Shown one piece after another: positions 10,539 through 20,595 of a DNA stretch of 64,000 nt; the stretch's first letter is position 1; every line of letters begins with the position of its first letter. Under the pieces are notes generated by a model. It ran no database searches. It saw only the letters and a list, made by a program, of their open reading frames with translations, and was not told where the DNA came from. The stretch is from Phocaeicola sp. Its GTDB lineage: Bacteria > Bacteroidota > Bacteroidia > Bacteroidales > Bacteroidaceae. The translations under genes and the position numbers were made by a program. Location: positions 1,213 through 65,212 of the forward strand of contig JAZQAG010000049.1 of assembly GCA_045545095.1 (NCBI GenBank), in the 5' to 3' direction.

Positions 10539-10877
10539 CTATTTGGTTTGGGTATAACCATCGTTCTTTAGCAGGTCTATGACACGTTGCTTGAAATCAC
10601 CTTGTATCAGCACTTCACCATCCTTGGTACTTCCGCCGACTCCCAAACGGCCTTTCAACCATTTGCCCAACTCTTTCAGGTCGGCCTCACCACCTACAAA
10701 TCCTGCCACAATGGTCACGGTCTTTCCTCCACGGCCGTTCTTCTCCATCCTGACACGCAAACGTTGCTGGTTCTTGGGAAGGGTCTCTGCCTCTTCCTCT
10801 TCTCCTGTATCAAACCGAAAGTCTGGGTTGGTGGAATACACCATACCCAGACGTTCTTTCCAATCGTTATTCTTCAT
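10539..10877 (-). CDS. translation initiation factor SUI1/YciH family
   Basis: 112 aa. RVRMEKNGRGGKTVTIVAGF...GGSTKDGEVLIQGD is the SUI1 fold signature. Confidence 0.85.
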   Translation of the reverse strand: MKNNDWKERLGMVYSTNPDFRFDTGEEEEAETLPKNQQRLRVRMEKNGRGGKTVTIVAGFVGGEADLKELGKWLKGRLGVGGSTKDGEVLIQGDFKQRVIDLLKNDGYTQTK

Positions 10878-10886
10878 TACTCAAAC

Positions 10887-13592
10887 TTATTTCTTCATCA
10901 CCTTCACTGTATGCACCTGCTTACCATTGATGAGTTTCAGGATGTATGTACCTGTGGGCAGATTGTCCGTATCTTTTCCTTCAGACACCAAGATTCCGCC
11001 TACGGTATAGAGCTGATAACGGGTATTCTCGTCATCGGCTTTCAAAGAAGGGATACAGATTCCTAATGCTTCGTCAGCCGTTGTGTAGAAATGAACATTA
11101 CGTGTCATGCTTCCCACATTATCCTTATCGGTAGCGGTAACTTGAATGGTATAGAAGTTTTCGTTAGTTCCCGGGGTAACGGTCATTGCTCCATCTGCAG
11201 CCGTCTCAAAACGTATGTCAGAATACACCGATACAACTTCAAATGAAGGTTCATTGTCAAATCCAGCAAACAAAGTACGCAAATTCAATTCAAAAGGCTT
11301 CGTGTTACTGATTATATAATGAGGTTCGGCTAACCAATTCAAATAATCTTCTAAAGCAGTATAGCCATCACGGTCCTCATCTTTATTGTTATCAGCAGTG
11401 TTGGGGTCTGTTCCTTTTGCCTTTTCCCACCAATCAGGCATACCATCCTGATCGGTATCAAAATTGGCAGGACGATATTCTGCCACAATATTCAAGCCGG
11501 CAAACCCTTCCGAATCACTCTCTTTGTCAATCAACCCAGGATAACCGGTACGACCTCCTTTATAGGTATATGAACCGGCCAATGTCTCTTTCACCATACG
11601 GGTATCATGATTATCAAAAAACGGTTGGTTGCAACCCACGTCAGAAAGAGTTGTCTTGTATGCCAACTTTGCCGGTTCGATGGTAGCATACGACTCAAAG
11701 AAGGGGTGATCAACGAAGACATCCCAATTGTATGTCTGTTCTGCGTTGACCCGATAAGTCACATTTTCCTTGTCCGTAGTGAGTGAACCATCCCTATTCT
11801 CACGGATATTGCCATTCACATAATATGACTGTGAACCGGTACCTGTTCCTTCCAAATCTGCCGTCAACAGATAGGTATGTGTTGTGGCGGGTCCCATCTT
11901 ATAATAGTTATTAACGAACTGACCTTGATGTGTACCTCCATCAGTCGTTCGCCCACGCCAATTATAGCACACATTGTTGAACATGTCATGATGTCCGGCA
12001 TATGAGCCTCCACCATCCAATCCACCCGACATACTCCAATTACGGCCTTCATTATGAGCTAACAGGTTGTGGTGATAGCTTCCATAATCGCCACCAATAG
12101 TGGCTGCATATCCATGTCCTGTACCAGCTCCATAATTGGCATGCCCAGCCACATTCAAAGCTTCACTGATGAGTGTACGCTGTAAAGTCACATTCTTAGC
12201 ATTACGTGAACTGAAGGCCTCATCTATGGTCCATCCCATAGAGCAATGATCCATAATACTATGGTCATTTCCCGCCATACCCATTCCATCACTGGTATTA
12301 GGGTTAGGCGACTTGCCATCCCAACTATCTCCACCCCCCAGGCGTAAACGCAAGAAACGGGTAATACCTTCATTGCCCATACCAAAGGCTTTCCCCTTAA
12401 GCATCACACCTGTACCAGGGGCAGTCTGACCTGCAATCGTCACATAAGGGTCCGAACATACAAGACGTGCCTGCAAAGTGATAACACCTGCAACATCAAA
12501 TACGATAGTGCGTGGTCCACTCACCTTTGTCAATCCATAACGCAGAGTTCCTGGCTGAGGATTGGCAGCATCATCATCCAACGACGTTACATGATAGACG
12601 CTTCCTCCACGGCCACCGGTAGCAAAACGGCCATATCCTTCAGCACCAGGGAAAGCCAAATGCCGCGGACGGAAGGTCCACACTTCGCCTTGATAGACAT
12701 TACCTTCAGCATCCTCTTCATCTACACGCCAAAAATAAGTATTCATCGAATAAACATCTGACAATGTATATCTGCCATCTGTATTGACGGCCACCTTTTC
12801 CATTGCATCAACAGATGTTCCCACATAAATATGATTCTTTACAGCACTGGTAGCCATCACCCATGTCAAATCTATCTTTCCAGCATCGGCATCCACATGC
12901 ATATCATGGTTTGTCGGATAAGGATTCAAAGCTGTCGTTTTAGGATTAGGCTGATCAAAAATCAAAGCATTGACAAATACACCTGTTGTGGTATAGGTCT
13001 GCCCCTCTTCAAGCACTGTAGTGTAATTGATAGTCACCGTCTCTCCTTCCGCAGCTGTAAATTTCACATATGATTGTCCGGCTTCAGAAGGAAGTAATTC
13101 ACGTGACGATTGCACAACACCTGTCAACACCTCTACTCCATTCACGTTTACATTGATCTTTGCCGGATTTGTCTGGTTTCCATCGGTTACATTATGATAA
13201 GCCAATACCGAATGTTCACCTGCTGTAAGTCCGCTCAACACCATTTGCAACGTTGATGACACATTCGTCAATTGGGGTGTATTCCCATCGCTATCCAAAC
13301 CATAAACAGCCACACAATCTCCAATCAATTTAGAGTTCTTGCTGGAAACCGCGTCTTTCCACCAATTGGACTTCATGGTTTGTCCTGTTACTGTAGTTTT
13401 TAATGTTACAGTAACCCCGTTTTCCAAAGTCTTTTGGTTGGTAGTTGCAGTATTTACAGCCCATGCTGTATAACCAGATTCATTAACCTGATTCTCACTT
13501 CGCCCTGCCAAATTGAAATCAATCTTTTGGGCCATAGCGTCTATTCCCCAAAAAGAAAGAAAGACACCCAAACATAGAGTTTTTTTCATCAT
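10887..13592 (-). CDS. PL1-type pectate lyase with N-terminal accessory domains, Ca-binding TSP3-like repeat and T9SS C-terminal sorting domain
   Basis: FPGAEGYGRFATGGRGGSVYHVTSLDDD...GTLRYG is the PL1 N-terminal signature. DTDQDGMPDWWE...DEDRDGY are acidic repeats. The tail YQLYTVGGILV...GTYILKLINGKQVHTVKVMKK resembles a T9SS CTD. Confidence 0.8.
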   Translation of the reverse strand: MMKKTLCLGVFLSFWGIDAMAQKIDFNLAGRSENQVNESGYTAWAVNTATTNQKTLENGVTVTLKTTVTGQTMKSNWWKDAVSSKNSKLIGDCVAVYGLDSDGNTPQLTNVSSTLQMVLSGLTAGEHSVLAYHNVTDGNQTNPAKINVNVNGVEVLTGVVQSSRELLPSEAGQSYVKFTAAEGETVTINYTTVLEEGQTYTTTGVFVNALIFDQPNPKTTALNPYPTNHDMHVDADAGKIDLTWVMATSAVKNHIYVGTSVDAMEKVAVNTDGRYTLSDVYSMNTYFWRVDEEDAEGNVYQGEVWTFRPRHLAFPGAEGYGRFATGGRGGSVYHVTSLDDDAANPQPGTLRYGLTKVSGPRTIVFDVAGVITLQARLVCSDPYVTIAGQTAPGTGVMLKGKAFGMGNEGITRFLRLRLGGGDSWDGKSPNPNTSDGMGMAGNDHSIMDHCSMGWTIDEAFSSRNAKNVTLQRTLISEALNVAGHANYGAGTGHGYAATIGGDYGSYHHNLLAHNEGRNWSMSGGLDGGGSYAGHHDMFNNVCYNWRGRTTDGGTHQGQFVNNYYKMGPATTHTYLLTADLEGTGTGSQSYYVNGNIRENRDGSLTTDKENVTYRVNAEQTYNWDVFVDHPFFESYATIEPAKLAYKTTLSDVGCNQPFFDNHDTRMVKETLAGSYTYKGGRTGYPGLIDKESDSEGFAGLNIVAEYRPANFDTDQDGMPDWWEKAKGTDPNTADNNKDEDRDGYTALEDYLNWLAEPHYIISNTKPFELNLRTLFAGFDNEPSFEVVSVYSDIRFETAADGAMTVTPGTNENFYTIQVTATDKDNVGSMTRNVHFYTTADEALGICIPSLKADDENTRYQLYTVGGILVSEGKDTDNLPTGTYILKLINGKQVHTVKVMKK

Positions 13593-13600
13593 TCCTATTT

Positions 13601-14497
13601 TTATTTCCTTTTACTCACTAAACGAAACTGGACTGGTACAGTCATCTTCACAGGTACCGGCTTCCCTTCAAAATAACCAGGTTTCCATTTCGGCATAGCT
13701 TTCACCACACGCAATGCTTCCTGATCAAGAAGGTGATGTACTTTACGTTCAAGTTTGACGTTAGAAATTGTTCCATCTGCTTTCACCGTAAAGCCAACAC
13801 GAACAGCACCTTGAATTCTTTTTTTTAATGCTGCAGGCGGATATTTTACATTCTGCTGCAAATAGTTCTTATAAGCCTTTTCACCTCCTGGGAATTGGGG
13901 CTTAGGATTTACTTCACTCTCGCGATATAGCACACGGCGAACCACACTCCCACCAGGTACAAAATGAATCAGATCTGCATCTTCTGCCACCACTGGGCCT
14001 CCTCCATGCGGTGTACGCAAACGTTTGGCCAATCCACCAGCTTCCCAATCCGCGACACTAATATCAGCATACTCACTTACAAAATTATCTGCAGCCTTAA
14101 TCAATACTTTTTCAAATTTGGTCCAGTACTTAGCTTTGCGTCCTGTATATTTTTGCTGCAAAGTTGTCCGCACAGAAACCAAAAATGTATCACGCAAAGT
14201 TATATCTCCCAATATCACTTGGCGCAAGGCACTTTTCTGCGTTGATTGATAAGCTGGCAGTTTCTTCACTTTTACATTTTTACCAGAAGAGGCTAACGAA
14301 TCGAGTATTCCCAAATGTCTTTGCAACAATACCTGATAATCTTCATTATCTGTCGCCAAATATGGTTGTACTTCGCGTTTAAACTGCTCTAATTTTAGAG
14401 AATCATTAATGCTCTCTACTGCCAAGATCTCACTGGAAGACAAAAAGAATACGAAAAGAGCTATTACCATTCCCCATTTCATGCTATTCTTATTCAT
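13601..14497 (-). CDS. TonB C-terminal-domain protein with an uncharacterised N-terminal domain
   Basis: C-terminus PQFPGGEKAYKNYLQQNVKYPPAALKKRIQGAVRVGFTVKADGTISNVKL...PVQF is a TonB_C fold. Start set to the ATG at 14497 (MNKNSMKWGMVIALFVFF); the track start is a TTG. Confidence 0.7.
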   Translation of the reverse strand: MNKNSMKWGMVIALFVFFLSSSEILAVESINDSLKLEQFKREVQPYLATDNEDYQVLLQRHLGILDSLASSGKNVKVKKLPAYQSTQKSALRQVILGDITLRDTFLVSVRTTLQQKYTGRKAKYWTKFEKVLIKAADNFVSEYADISVADWEAGGLAKRLRTPHGGGPVVAEDADLIHFVPGGSVVRRVLYRESEVNPKPQFPGGEKAYKNYLQQNVKYPPAALKKRIQGAVRVGFTVKADGTISNVKLERKVHHLLDQEALRVVKAMPKWKPGYFEGKPVPVKMTVPVQFRLVSKRK

Positions 14498-14569
14498 AAT
14501 TACAAGATTATTACAATATATAAAATATACTCCACTCCCTGTATTCCCCAAAAGAATTCAAAACACGAT

Positions 14570-17095
14570 TTATTCTATCGGGAAAAGATAAAACTTACGA
14601 GACACATTGGGGTCTATCATCCATTGATCTACCACAATATGCGGATCCAAAGCTTTAATCTTCAACGTATGGTTGCCACTTTTAAGGTTGACTTTCAACT
14701 CACGTATAGCCTGCCCACGGAGCACATTCTGTTTCCATCCTTCAGAACGGAATTTCTCTTTCAAAGAATATACCATCGGCTCCATGCCATCTATGCTGAC
14801 ACTAAAGCGGAGATCACCACCATTATTAGGTTGGGTAGGAATAAGAGCAACACGTAGCATAAAATCACCTTCCTGTTCAGTCGTAAAACGATAGGCCAAT
14901 TCACCATTTTGAGGCAATGCTACTGCATTCATACTATGTCCCAACATTTGTACGGTTTCTGCACCTTCGCCTGCTTGCTCATAATCACAAGCATTTCGCA
15001 CTATAGCACCATCAAGCTTTATAGGATGTTCAGTCTGCTTAGGTGCCTTCTTCCAATACTCTTCAACTTCCTTATCGGTCAATTGGATGGGCAACACAGG
15101 TGTTCCAAATACCGGCAAATCACGCGGAGTCATATTCATCGAACGATTCCACTTACCACCTGCCATTGTCCGATTATAATATTCTGTCATCAAACGGATA
15201 TCCTGATAAGCCTTTTGACTCTTGGCTACAGCCACATAAATCGGTTCAGGGGAATCAAGCAAACCTGTACGTGGATTTCCATTGGCATACTGACGAGCAC
15301 GCTGAGATTCCAAGATTTTAGTAGCATGAGCTGCAGCTGACAATACCGGATATTTAATTGCCGCAAAATAGGCGTCTTTCAATTCTGGACGAACATTTGC
15401 CTCTTGCTCCTTCACAATTTGACACACTGCTTCATAGCGTTCCAAATAGCGATCCAATTCATTACCAAAAGCCTGAGTACTAAAATCTGTATTGCGCACA
15501 TGACTTAATCCACGATCATATGTAGCTTTATTCAACTCCACCTGTGTCCAACCCATAAATTCGGGACGACGCTGTCCACAAAGACGATAAAATTCATGCA
15601 TGGCAGGAAAAAGTTTCTTACCGGCATCCTCACCAAACTGTCGGCAAAGCCACGCTTTATAATGTTCATTAATGGTCTGTGCAGATACGCAATCTATATT
15701 CCAAGCCATATCAAGGAAAAGTTCCAAATCATAACCTGCGACTTTGGGATCATGAACATTGCATATCCATATCTTCCTAACATTATGATCATAAGCAGCA
15801 CGCATTTCGTTATAGATAAGCCCCGGTTGGGTTGTTGTCAACCACAGGTAATCGTGAGGACGCCCCCAATAACTAAGATGATAATAAACTCCACCGCCAC
15901 CTATTCGCTTTTGTTCATCCGAATTGGAAAGACGAGTCATGTAACCATAGTTGTCATCGCACCACATCAAAGTGACATATTCAGGAACTTTCAAACCACG
16001 TTCGTATATTTCCAGCACTTCCTTATAAGGTACAAATACTTGTGTCTGTTTAGACGGATCACCAATGTACTTTTCGAGCAAATCCTGCTGATCGTCAATA
16101 ACCTGCTGTAAAGCATCAAACTTCTCCTGCATGGTCTTTACCCCCTCCATAGAGCCATCATGAATACCACGCATACCGATAGTAAACATATTGTTCTGTG
16201 ACTTACTCACCTCTTGCAAGCGCTCAATCCAATAATTATGCACCCCATCCTTATTGGTGATATAATTGAAACGACCACGCAATTTCTCATCCCATTCACC
16301 GACATTGTTACGCAACAATGGTTCACAATGGCTTGTACCTATAACTATACCACAACTATCAGCTACAGCTTTGGCGCCTTCAACCTTAAAAAACGCCGTT
16401 GTTCCTTCATGCATTCCCGGCCAAATAGCATTGGCACGCAAGCGCATGAGCAATTGAAAGATTTTCTTATAAGTCTCAGATCCTATATAGCCAAATTTGT
16501 TTGGTTCAAAATTCCCGTAACTCCATGGGCGAGTTGACCAATCCTCATCATTCAGGAATATACCACGATATTCTACCGAAGCCCCTTGAGTAGTTTCGAA
16601 ATCACTATCAATTACCAGTTGTTCCTTTTTCTCTGGAACAAGGTCACCCCACCATATCCACGGGCTAACACCTGCCATACGGGAAAGTTCCAAAACACCG
16701 TAAGCTGCACCTCGACCATTACCACCTACAACAGTTATTTGACCATCAATGACTGCTATATGAAATGCATCTATCTTACGTTTCAATGCATCAACAGGGA
16801 CCCCTGCTCCAACAAGAGACTTCAGCTTAGCACTTGGCATCTTATCCAATTGCAAGACACAAATGGTTGCCTGTTTCTCATTTACTTTTATTGCCCGCTT
16901 ACCCGTAACAGCATCCATATCATCCGCAAACATTTCAAGCGCAACACTTACTACAGGATCACTCTTCTTTGGCACAAAAAATGTCACAGCATTCTGACCA
17001 TCATACCATACAAGATGCTCGGCCATAATATTATTTGCCAACATGAATAAAACTGCTATCGACAATAGTTTGATTGAAAACCTTTCTCTTTTCAT
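14570..17095 (-). CDS. glycoside hydrolase family 115-like (alpha-glucuronidase)
   Basis: 841 aa with a signal peptide. FHIAVIDGQITVVGGNGRGAAYGVLELSRMAGVSPWIWWGD is typical of the GH115 N-terminus. Confidence 0.78.
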   Translation of the reverse strand: MKRERFSIKLLSIAVLFMLANNIMAEHLVWYDGQNAVTFFVPKKSDPVVSVALEMFADDMDAVTGKRAIKVNEKQATICVLQLDKMPSAKLKSLVGAGVPVDALKRKIDAFHIAVIDGQITVVGGNGRGAAYGVLELSRMAGVSPWIWWGDLVPEKKEQLVIDSDFETTQGASVEYRGIFLNDEDWSTRPWSYGNFEPNKFGYIGSETYKKIFQLLMRLRANAIWPGMHEGTTAFFKVEGAKAVADSCGIVIGTSHCEPLLRNNVGEWDEKLRGRFNYITNKDGVHNYWIERLQEVSKSQNNMFTIGMRGIHDGSMEGVKTMQEKFDALQQVIDDQQDLLEKYIGDPSKQTQVFVPYKEVLEIYERGLKVPEYVTLMWCDDNYGYMTRLSNSDEQKRIGGGGVYYHLSYWGRPHDYLWLTTTQPGLIYNEMRAAYDHNVRKIWICNVHDPKVAGYDLELFLDMAWNIDCVSAQTINEHYKAWLCRQFGEDAGKKLFPAMHEFYRLCGQRRPEFMGWTQVELNKATYDRGLSHVRNTDFSTQAFGNELDRYLERYEAVCQIVKEQEANVRPELKDAYFAAIKYPVLSAAAHATKILESQRARQYANGNPRTGLLDSPEPIYVAVAKSQKAYQDIRLMTEYYNRTMAGGKWNRSMNMTPRDLPVFGTPVLPIQLTDKEVEEYWKKAPKQTEHPIKLDGAIVRNACDYEQAGEGAETVQMLGHSMNAVALPQNGELAYRFTTEQEGDFMLRVALIPTQPNNGGDLRFSVSIDGMEPMVYSLKEKFRSEGWKQNVLRGQAIRELKVNLKSGNHTLKIKALDPHIVVDQWMIDPNVSRKFYLFPIE

Positions 17096-17176
17096 GCTTT
17101 ATTCCTAATATTAGTTGTTTCGACAGCAAAGATATATATTAATCTCAAAAATCGTGCATTACTCTGTAATTATTTA

Positions 17177-17212
17177 TAAAAAATGGGCCACGCCGGTAAA
17201 GACGTGACCCAT
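17177..17212 (-). terminator. rho-independent terminator downstream of tsf
   Basis: On the minus strand: atgggtcacg-loop-cgtggcccat followed by tttttt. Confidence 0.6.
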
Positions 17213-17236
17213 CCTTATATACTATTTCATTCTGAA

Positions 17237-18226
17237 TTACTCAGCACGCAGAGTGAAGCGCTTGAAAGCAACCACCTTCAGTTCGGGGTCGGTCTCCTTC
17301 AACACTTCGCGTACAGTCTTCTTGCCATCCATGATATCCTCCTGGTTGAGCAAGCAGACTTCCTTCAAGAACTTGCCGAGACGACCCTTGGCAATGTTCT
17401 GAATCATAGCTTCAGGCAAGTTAGCAGCCTTCTCTGCAGACACTGTAGCGATGATTTCCTTAGCCTTGGCTACATCCTCAGCAGTAATCCATCCCTTAGC
17501 CATGTTGCTTTCCATGTGATCCTCGCTGTCTACATGAGCGGGGTTGATACCTGCTTTCTTAAGAGCGGCCTCAACAGCCTTCTGTACCTGCTCGGCCTTA
17601 GTCTTCTCTACGGCTACGGCGATTTCCTGATTCTTAATTTCTTCAGAAACACCATCTTCGTCAACAGCAATGGGGTTCATTGCGGCAATCTGCATAGCTA
17701 TACCCTTAGCTGCAGCTTCAGCTACCTTATTCATAGCAACAAGTGTACAAAGCTGGTTCTTACCCTGATGGTTGTAAACGGTTGTATATTCACCCTCTAC
17801 AGTCATATAGCCATCGAGTTCCATCTTTTCACCAGTGATACCGCTACGGTCAGTCACTGCATCCTGTACAGTACCATTACCCAAAGTCAAAGCTTTCACT
17901 TCGTCCAAAGTCTGACATTTGTTGGCCACAGCCAAGTCAAGGATATCCTGAGTCAATTTCACAAAATCTGCATTATTAGCAACGAAGTCTGTTTCGCACT
18001 TGAGAGCGATGATAGCAGCGAAATTGCCATCAGCCTTAGCCAATACACAACCCTCAGAAGCTTCACGGTCAGAACGCTTTGCAGCAACTGCCTGTCCCTT
18101 CTTGCGAATAATTTCCATTGCTTTATCGATATCGCCTTCTGCTTCAGTCAAGGCGTTCTTGCAATCCATCATACCAGCACCAGTCATCTTGCGGAGCTTG
18201 GTAATTTCTGCCATTGTTACAGCCAT
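17237..18226 (-). CDS. tsf: translation elongation factor Ts
   Basis: ITKLRKMTGAGMMDCKNAL UBA-like N-terminus and the overall EF-Ts pattern. Confidence 0.95.
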   Translation of the reverse strand: MAVTMAEITKLRKMTGAGMMDCKNALTEAEGDIDKAMEIIRKKGQAVAAKRSDREASEGCVLAKADGNFAAIIALKCETDFVANNADFVKLTQDILDLAVANKCQTLDEVKALTLGNGTVQDAVTDRSGITGEKMELDGYMTVEGEYTTVYNHQGKNQLCTLVAMNKVAEAAAKGIAMQIAAMNPIAVDEDGVSEEIKNQEIAVAVEKTKAEQVQKAVEAALKKAGINPAHVDSEDHMESNMAKGWITAEDVAKAKEIIATVSAEKAANLPEAMIQNIAKGRLGKFLKEVCLLNQEDIMDGKKTVREVLKETDPELKVVAFKRFTLRAE

Positions 18227-18236
18227 AATATTCTAT

Positions 18237-18360
18237 TAATTATGAATTATTAATTATGAATTATGATTTAAAACAAAATATGAATTATGAATTACGAACC
18301 GTGAGACACGCCTTACAGCACAGCCTCATAATTCACAATTCATAATTCATAATTATAAGA
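18237..18360. repeat. heptad tandem repeats (AATTATG-type) in inverted blocks forming a long hairpin in the rpsB-tsf spacer
   Basis: aattatg/aattatt x4 at 18244-18267. tgaattatgaatt (18281-18293) is perfectly complementary to aattcataattca (18337-18349). Right block is cataatt cacaatt cataatt cataatt. Confidence 0.8.
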
Positions 18361-18361
18361 A

Positions 18362-19189
18362 TTAAGCCTCTTCTTCTGTAGCAGCAGGAGCCTCAGCTGT
18401 CTCCTCAGCCTTCTCTACACGAGCCTTAGAAGCACCTCTTTTACGAGAGGGCTTCACGGGAGCTGCAGACTCACCAGCAGCCTCCATATCAACCTTCTCG
18501 GCCTTACGCTCTTCGAGTCCCTCCTGAATAGCAGTACAGCAAGCGTCGAGGATAACCTCGATTGACTTGGTTGCATCATCGTTAGCGGGGATAACGAAGT
18601 CGATGTCATTAGGATCAGAGTTAGTATCTACAATACCGAATACGGGGATACCCAAACGGTTAGCCTCGCGAACAGCAATGTTCTCCTTCAATACGTCGAT
18701 AACGAACAAAGCTGACGGCAGACGGCTCAGGTCGGCGATAGAACCGAGGTTCTTCTCCAACTTGGCACGCTGACGAGAGATTTGGAGAATCTCACGCTTA
18801 GAAAGGTTTGAATAGGTACCGTCGCTGGTCAACTTGTCGATAGTTGCCATCTTCTTCACAGCCTTGCGGATAGTGGGGAAGTTGGTCAACATACCACCGG
18901 GCCAACGCTCGATAACGTAGGGCATATTTACAGATGCAGCTTTCTCAGCTACCACCTGCTTTGCTTGTTTCTTAGTAGCTACAAACAGGATTCTCTTTCC
19001 TGATTTTGCAATCTGCTTCAAAGCCTCAGCGGCTTCATTTACTTTAGCAGCTGTCTTGTGGAGGTCAATGATATGGATACCATTGCGTTCCATGAAAATA
19101 TAAGGAGCCATAGCGGGGTTCCACTTTCTCTTCAAGTGACCGAAGTGGCAACCGGCTTCCAACAGTGTATCAAAATTAATTCTTGACAT
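18362..19189 (-). CDS. rpsB: 30S ribosomal protein S2
   Basis: MSRINFDTLLEAGCHFGHLKRKWNP...; canonical S2 with an acidic/Ala-rich tail. Confidence 0.95.
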   Translation of the reverse strand: MSRINFDTLLEAGCHFGHLKRKWNPAMAPYIFMERNGIHIIDLHKTAAKVNEAAEALKQIAKSGKRILFVATKKQAKQVVAEKAASVNMPYVIERWPGGMLTNFPTIRKAVKKMATIDKLTSDGTYSNLSKREILQISRQRAKLEKNLGSIADLSRLPSALFVIDVLKENIAVREANRLGIPVFGIVDTNSDPNDIDFVIPANDDATKSIEVILDACCTAIQEGLEERKAEKVDMEAAGESAAPVKPSRKRGASKARVEKAEETAEAPAATEEEA

Positions 19190-19321
19190 TTTGTTTTCTT
19201 TTTTTAATCGTTTACTTTCTTTTTAGCTATTCTGCCTTGCGGCATTTTGTTCACCAACCGTCAGGTAGTCTTTTGTCCACGAAGAATCCTGTCGGTTTAG
19301 ATTCTAAACGCTATTCGATTT

Positions 19322-19408
19322 CAGTTCTTAAGTTCTTGAGTCTTTAAGTTTATGAGTTCCTTTAAAGAATTGCACCAACCTAACAACCAACAAACTGACA
19401 AACTCAAA
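19322..19408. repeat. two blocks of degenerate ~7-nt repeats in the rpsI-rpsB spacer
   Basis: agttctt-like units at 19322-19360 and acaacca/acaaact-like units at 19374-19408, directly after the rpsI stop. Confidence 0.5.
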
Positions 19409-19795
19409 TTAACGCTTACTGAACTGGAATCTTCTACGTGCTTTGGGACGACCCGGTTTCTTACGCTCAACAGCACGGGGATCGCGAGTCATGAAGCCTT
19501 CTGAACGAAGAGTCTTCTTGTCCTCAGGATTGATCTTCACCAATGCGCGGGCAATAGCCAAGCGCAAAGCCTGTGACTGTCCGGTGAAACCACCGCCACA
19601 AAGATTCACTTTGATATCATATTTCTCAGCCACTTCCAACTTGTTCAAGGGCTGCTTCACTACATACTGCAGGATTGTTGAGGGGAAGTACTGAGTCAGG
19701 TCTCTCTTGTTGATAGTAATCTTACCAGTACCCTCGGTAACGAATACGCGGGCAATAGCGCGCTTACGTCTTCCTAATGCGTTTATTACTTCCAT
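19409..19795 (-). CDS. rpsI: 30S ribosomal protein S9
   Basis: 128 aa ending ...GRPKARRRFQFSKR; canonical S9. Confidence 0.95.
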   Translation of the reverse strand: MEVINALGRRKRAIARVFVTEGTGKITINKRDLTQYFPSTILQYVVKQPLNKLEVAEKYDIKVNLCGGGFTGQSQALRLAIARALVKINPEDKKTLRSEGFMTRDPRAVERKKPGRPKARRRFQFSKR

Positions 19796-19800
19796 GTTGC

Positions 19801-20262
19801 TTATTTCAGTGTATTAATATCAATAGACTTAGGTGACTGAGCCTGATGCTTGTGTTCGCTACCTACGTAGATATAGAGGTTAGCCAACTGCTGAGCAGCC
19901 AAACGGTTCTTGGGCAACATACCCTTTACCACCTTCTTAAACAATCTCTCATGACCGTTAGGACGGGCAATCAAAGCCGCGGGAGTCATCTCGCGCTGTC
20001 CACCGGGATAACCGGTATGACGCAGATAAACACGGTCTGTCCACTTGTTTCCTGTCAATACAACTTTGTCGGCGTTGATGATGATTACATTATCGCCGCA
20101 ATCAGCGTTGGGAGTGAAGTTAGGTTTGTACTTTCCTCTCAACAGTTTCGCAACTTTCGCACCGAGACGGCCCAAAACCTGATCGGTAGCGTCAACAACG
20201 ACCCATTCTTTGGTCGCAGTTTCCTTGTTTGCAGAAATGGTCTTGTAACTTAAAGTATCCAC
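19801..20262 (-). CDS. rplM: 50S ribosomal protein L13 (apparent GTG start)
   Basis: KEWVVVDATDQVLGRLGAKVAKLLRGK is the canonical L13 N-terminus. Confidence 0.95.
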   Translation of the reverse strand: MDTLSYKTISANKETATKEWVVVDATDQVLGRLGAKVAKLLRGKYKPNFTPNADCGDNVIIINADKVVLTGNKWTDRVYLRHTGYPGGQREMTPAALIARPNGHERLFKKVVKGMLPKNRLAAQQLANLYIYVGSEHKHQAQSPKSIDINTLK

Positions 20263-20595
20263 TCTTTTAAAACTTTTAATTTGTTAACTACTAAAAAACT
20301 TCTTAGCCACACCCCTGCGCCCCATCGGACACAAAAAGACGCAGTAATGCGCTATAAATTAAACTTTTATCACTAATCTGATAATAATCGGCCTGCAAAG
20401 GTACGCATTTTTTCTCAACTAACAAGCGTTTTAATCCTCTTTTTTCAACCTTTTGCCAAAATGGAGAGTTACCCTACTTAAAAGAAATCCAAATCACAAG
20501 CGTACAAAAAGAGCTTTTAAAGACCAATTTTACCGCCCAGTAGATTAAAAGTTCTTTAAAAACAAATCATTTCATTTATACTGGATTCAGCCGGT

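Noticed and set aside
17183-18253. 356-aa plus-strand ORF antisense to tsf. Similar long shadow ORFs occur at 20623-21693, 24237-25886, 4913-5605 and 39891-40901.
   Set aside because: Each lies entirely opposite a strongly supported CDS, has low-complexity or Cys/His/Ile-rich composition, and shows no motif. These are typical antisense shadow frames.
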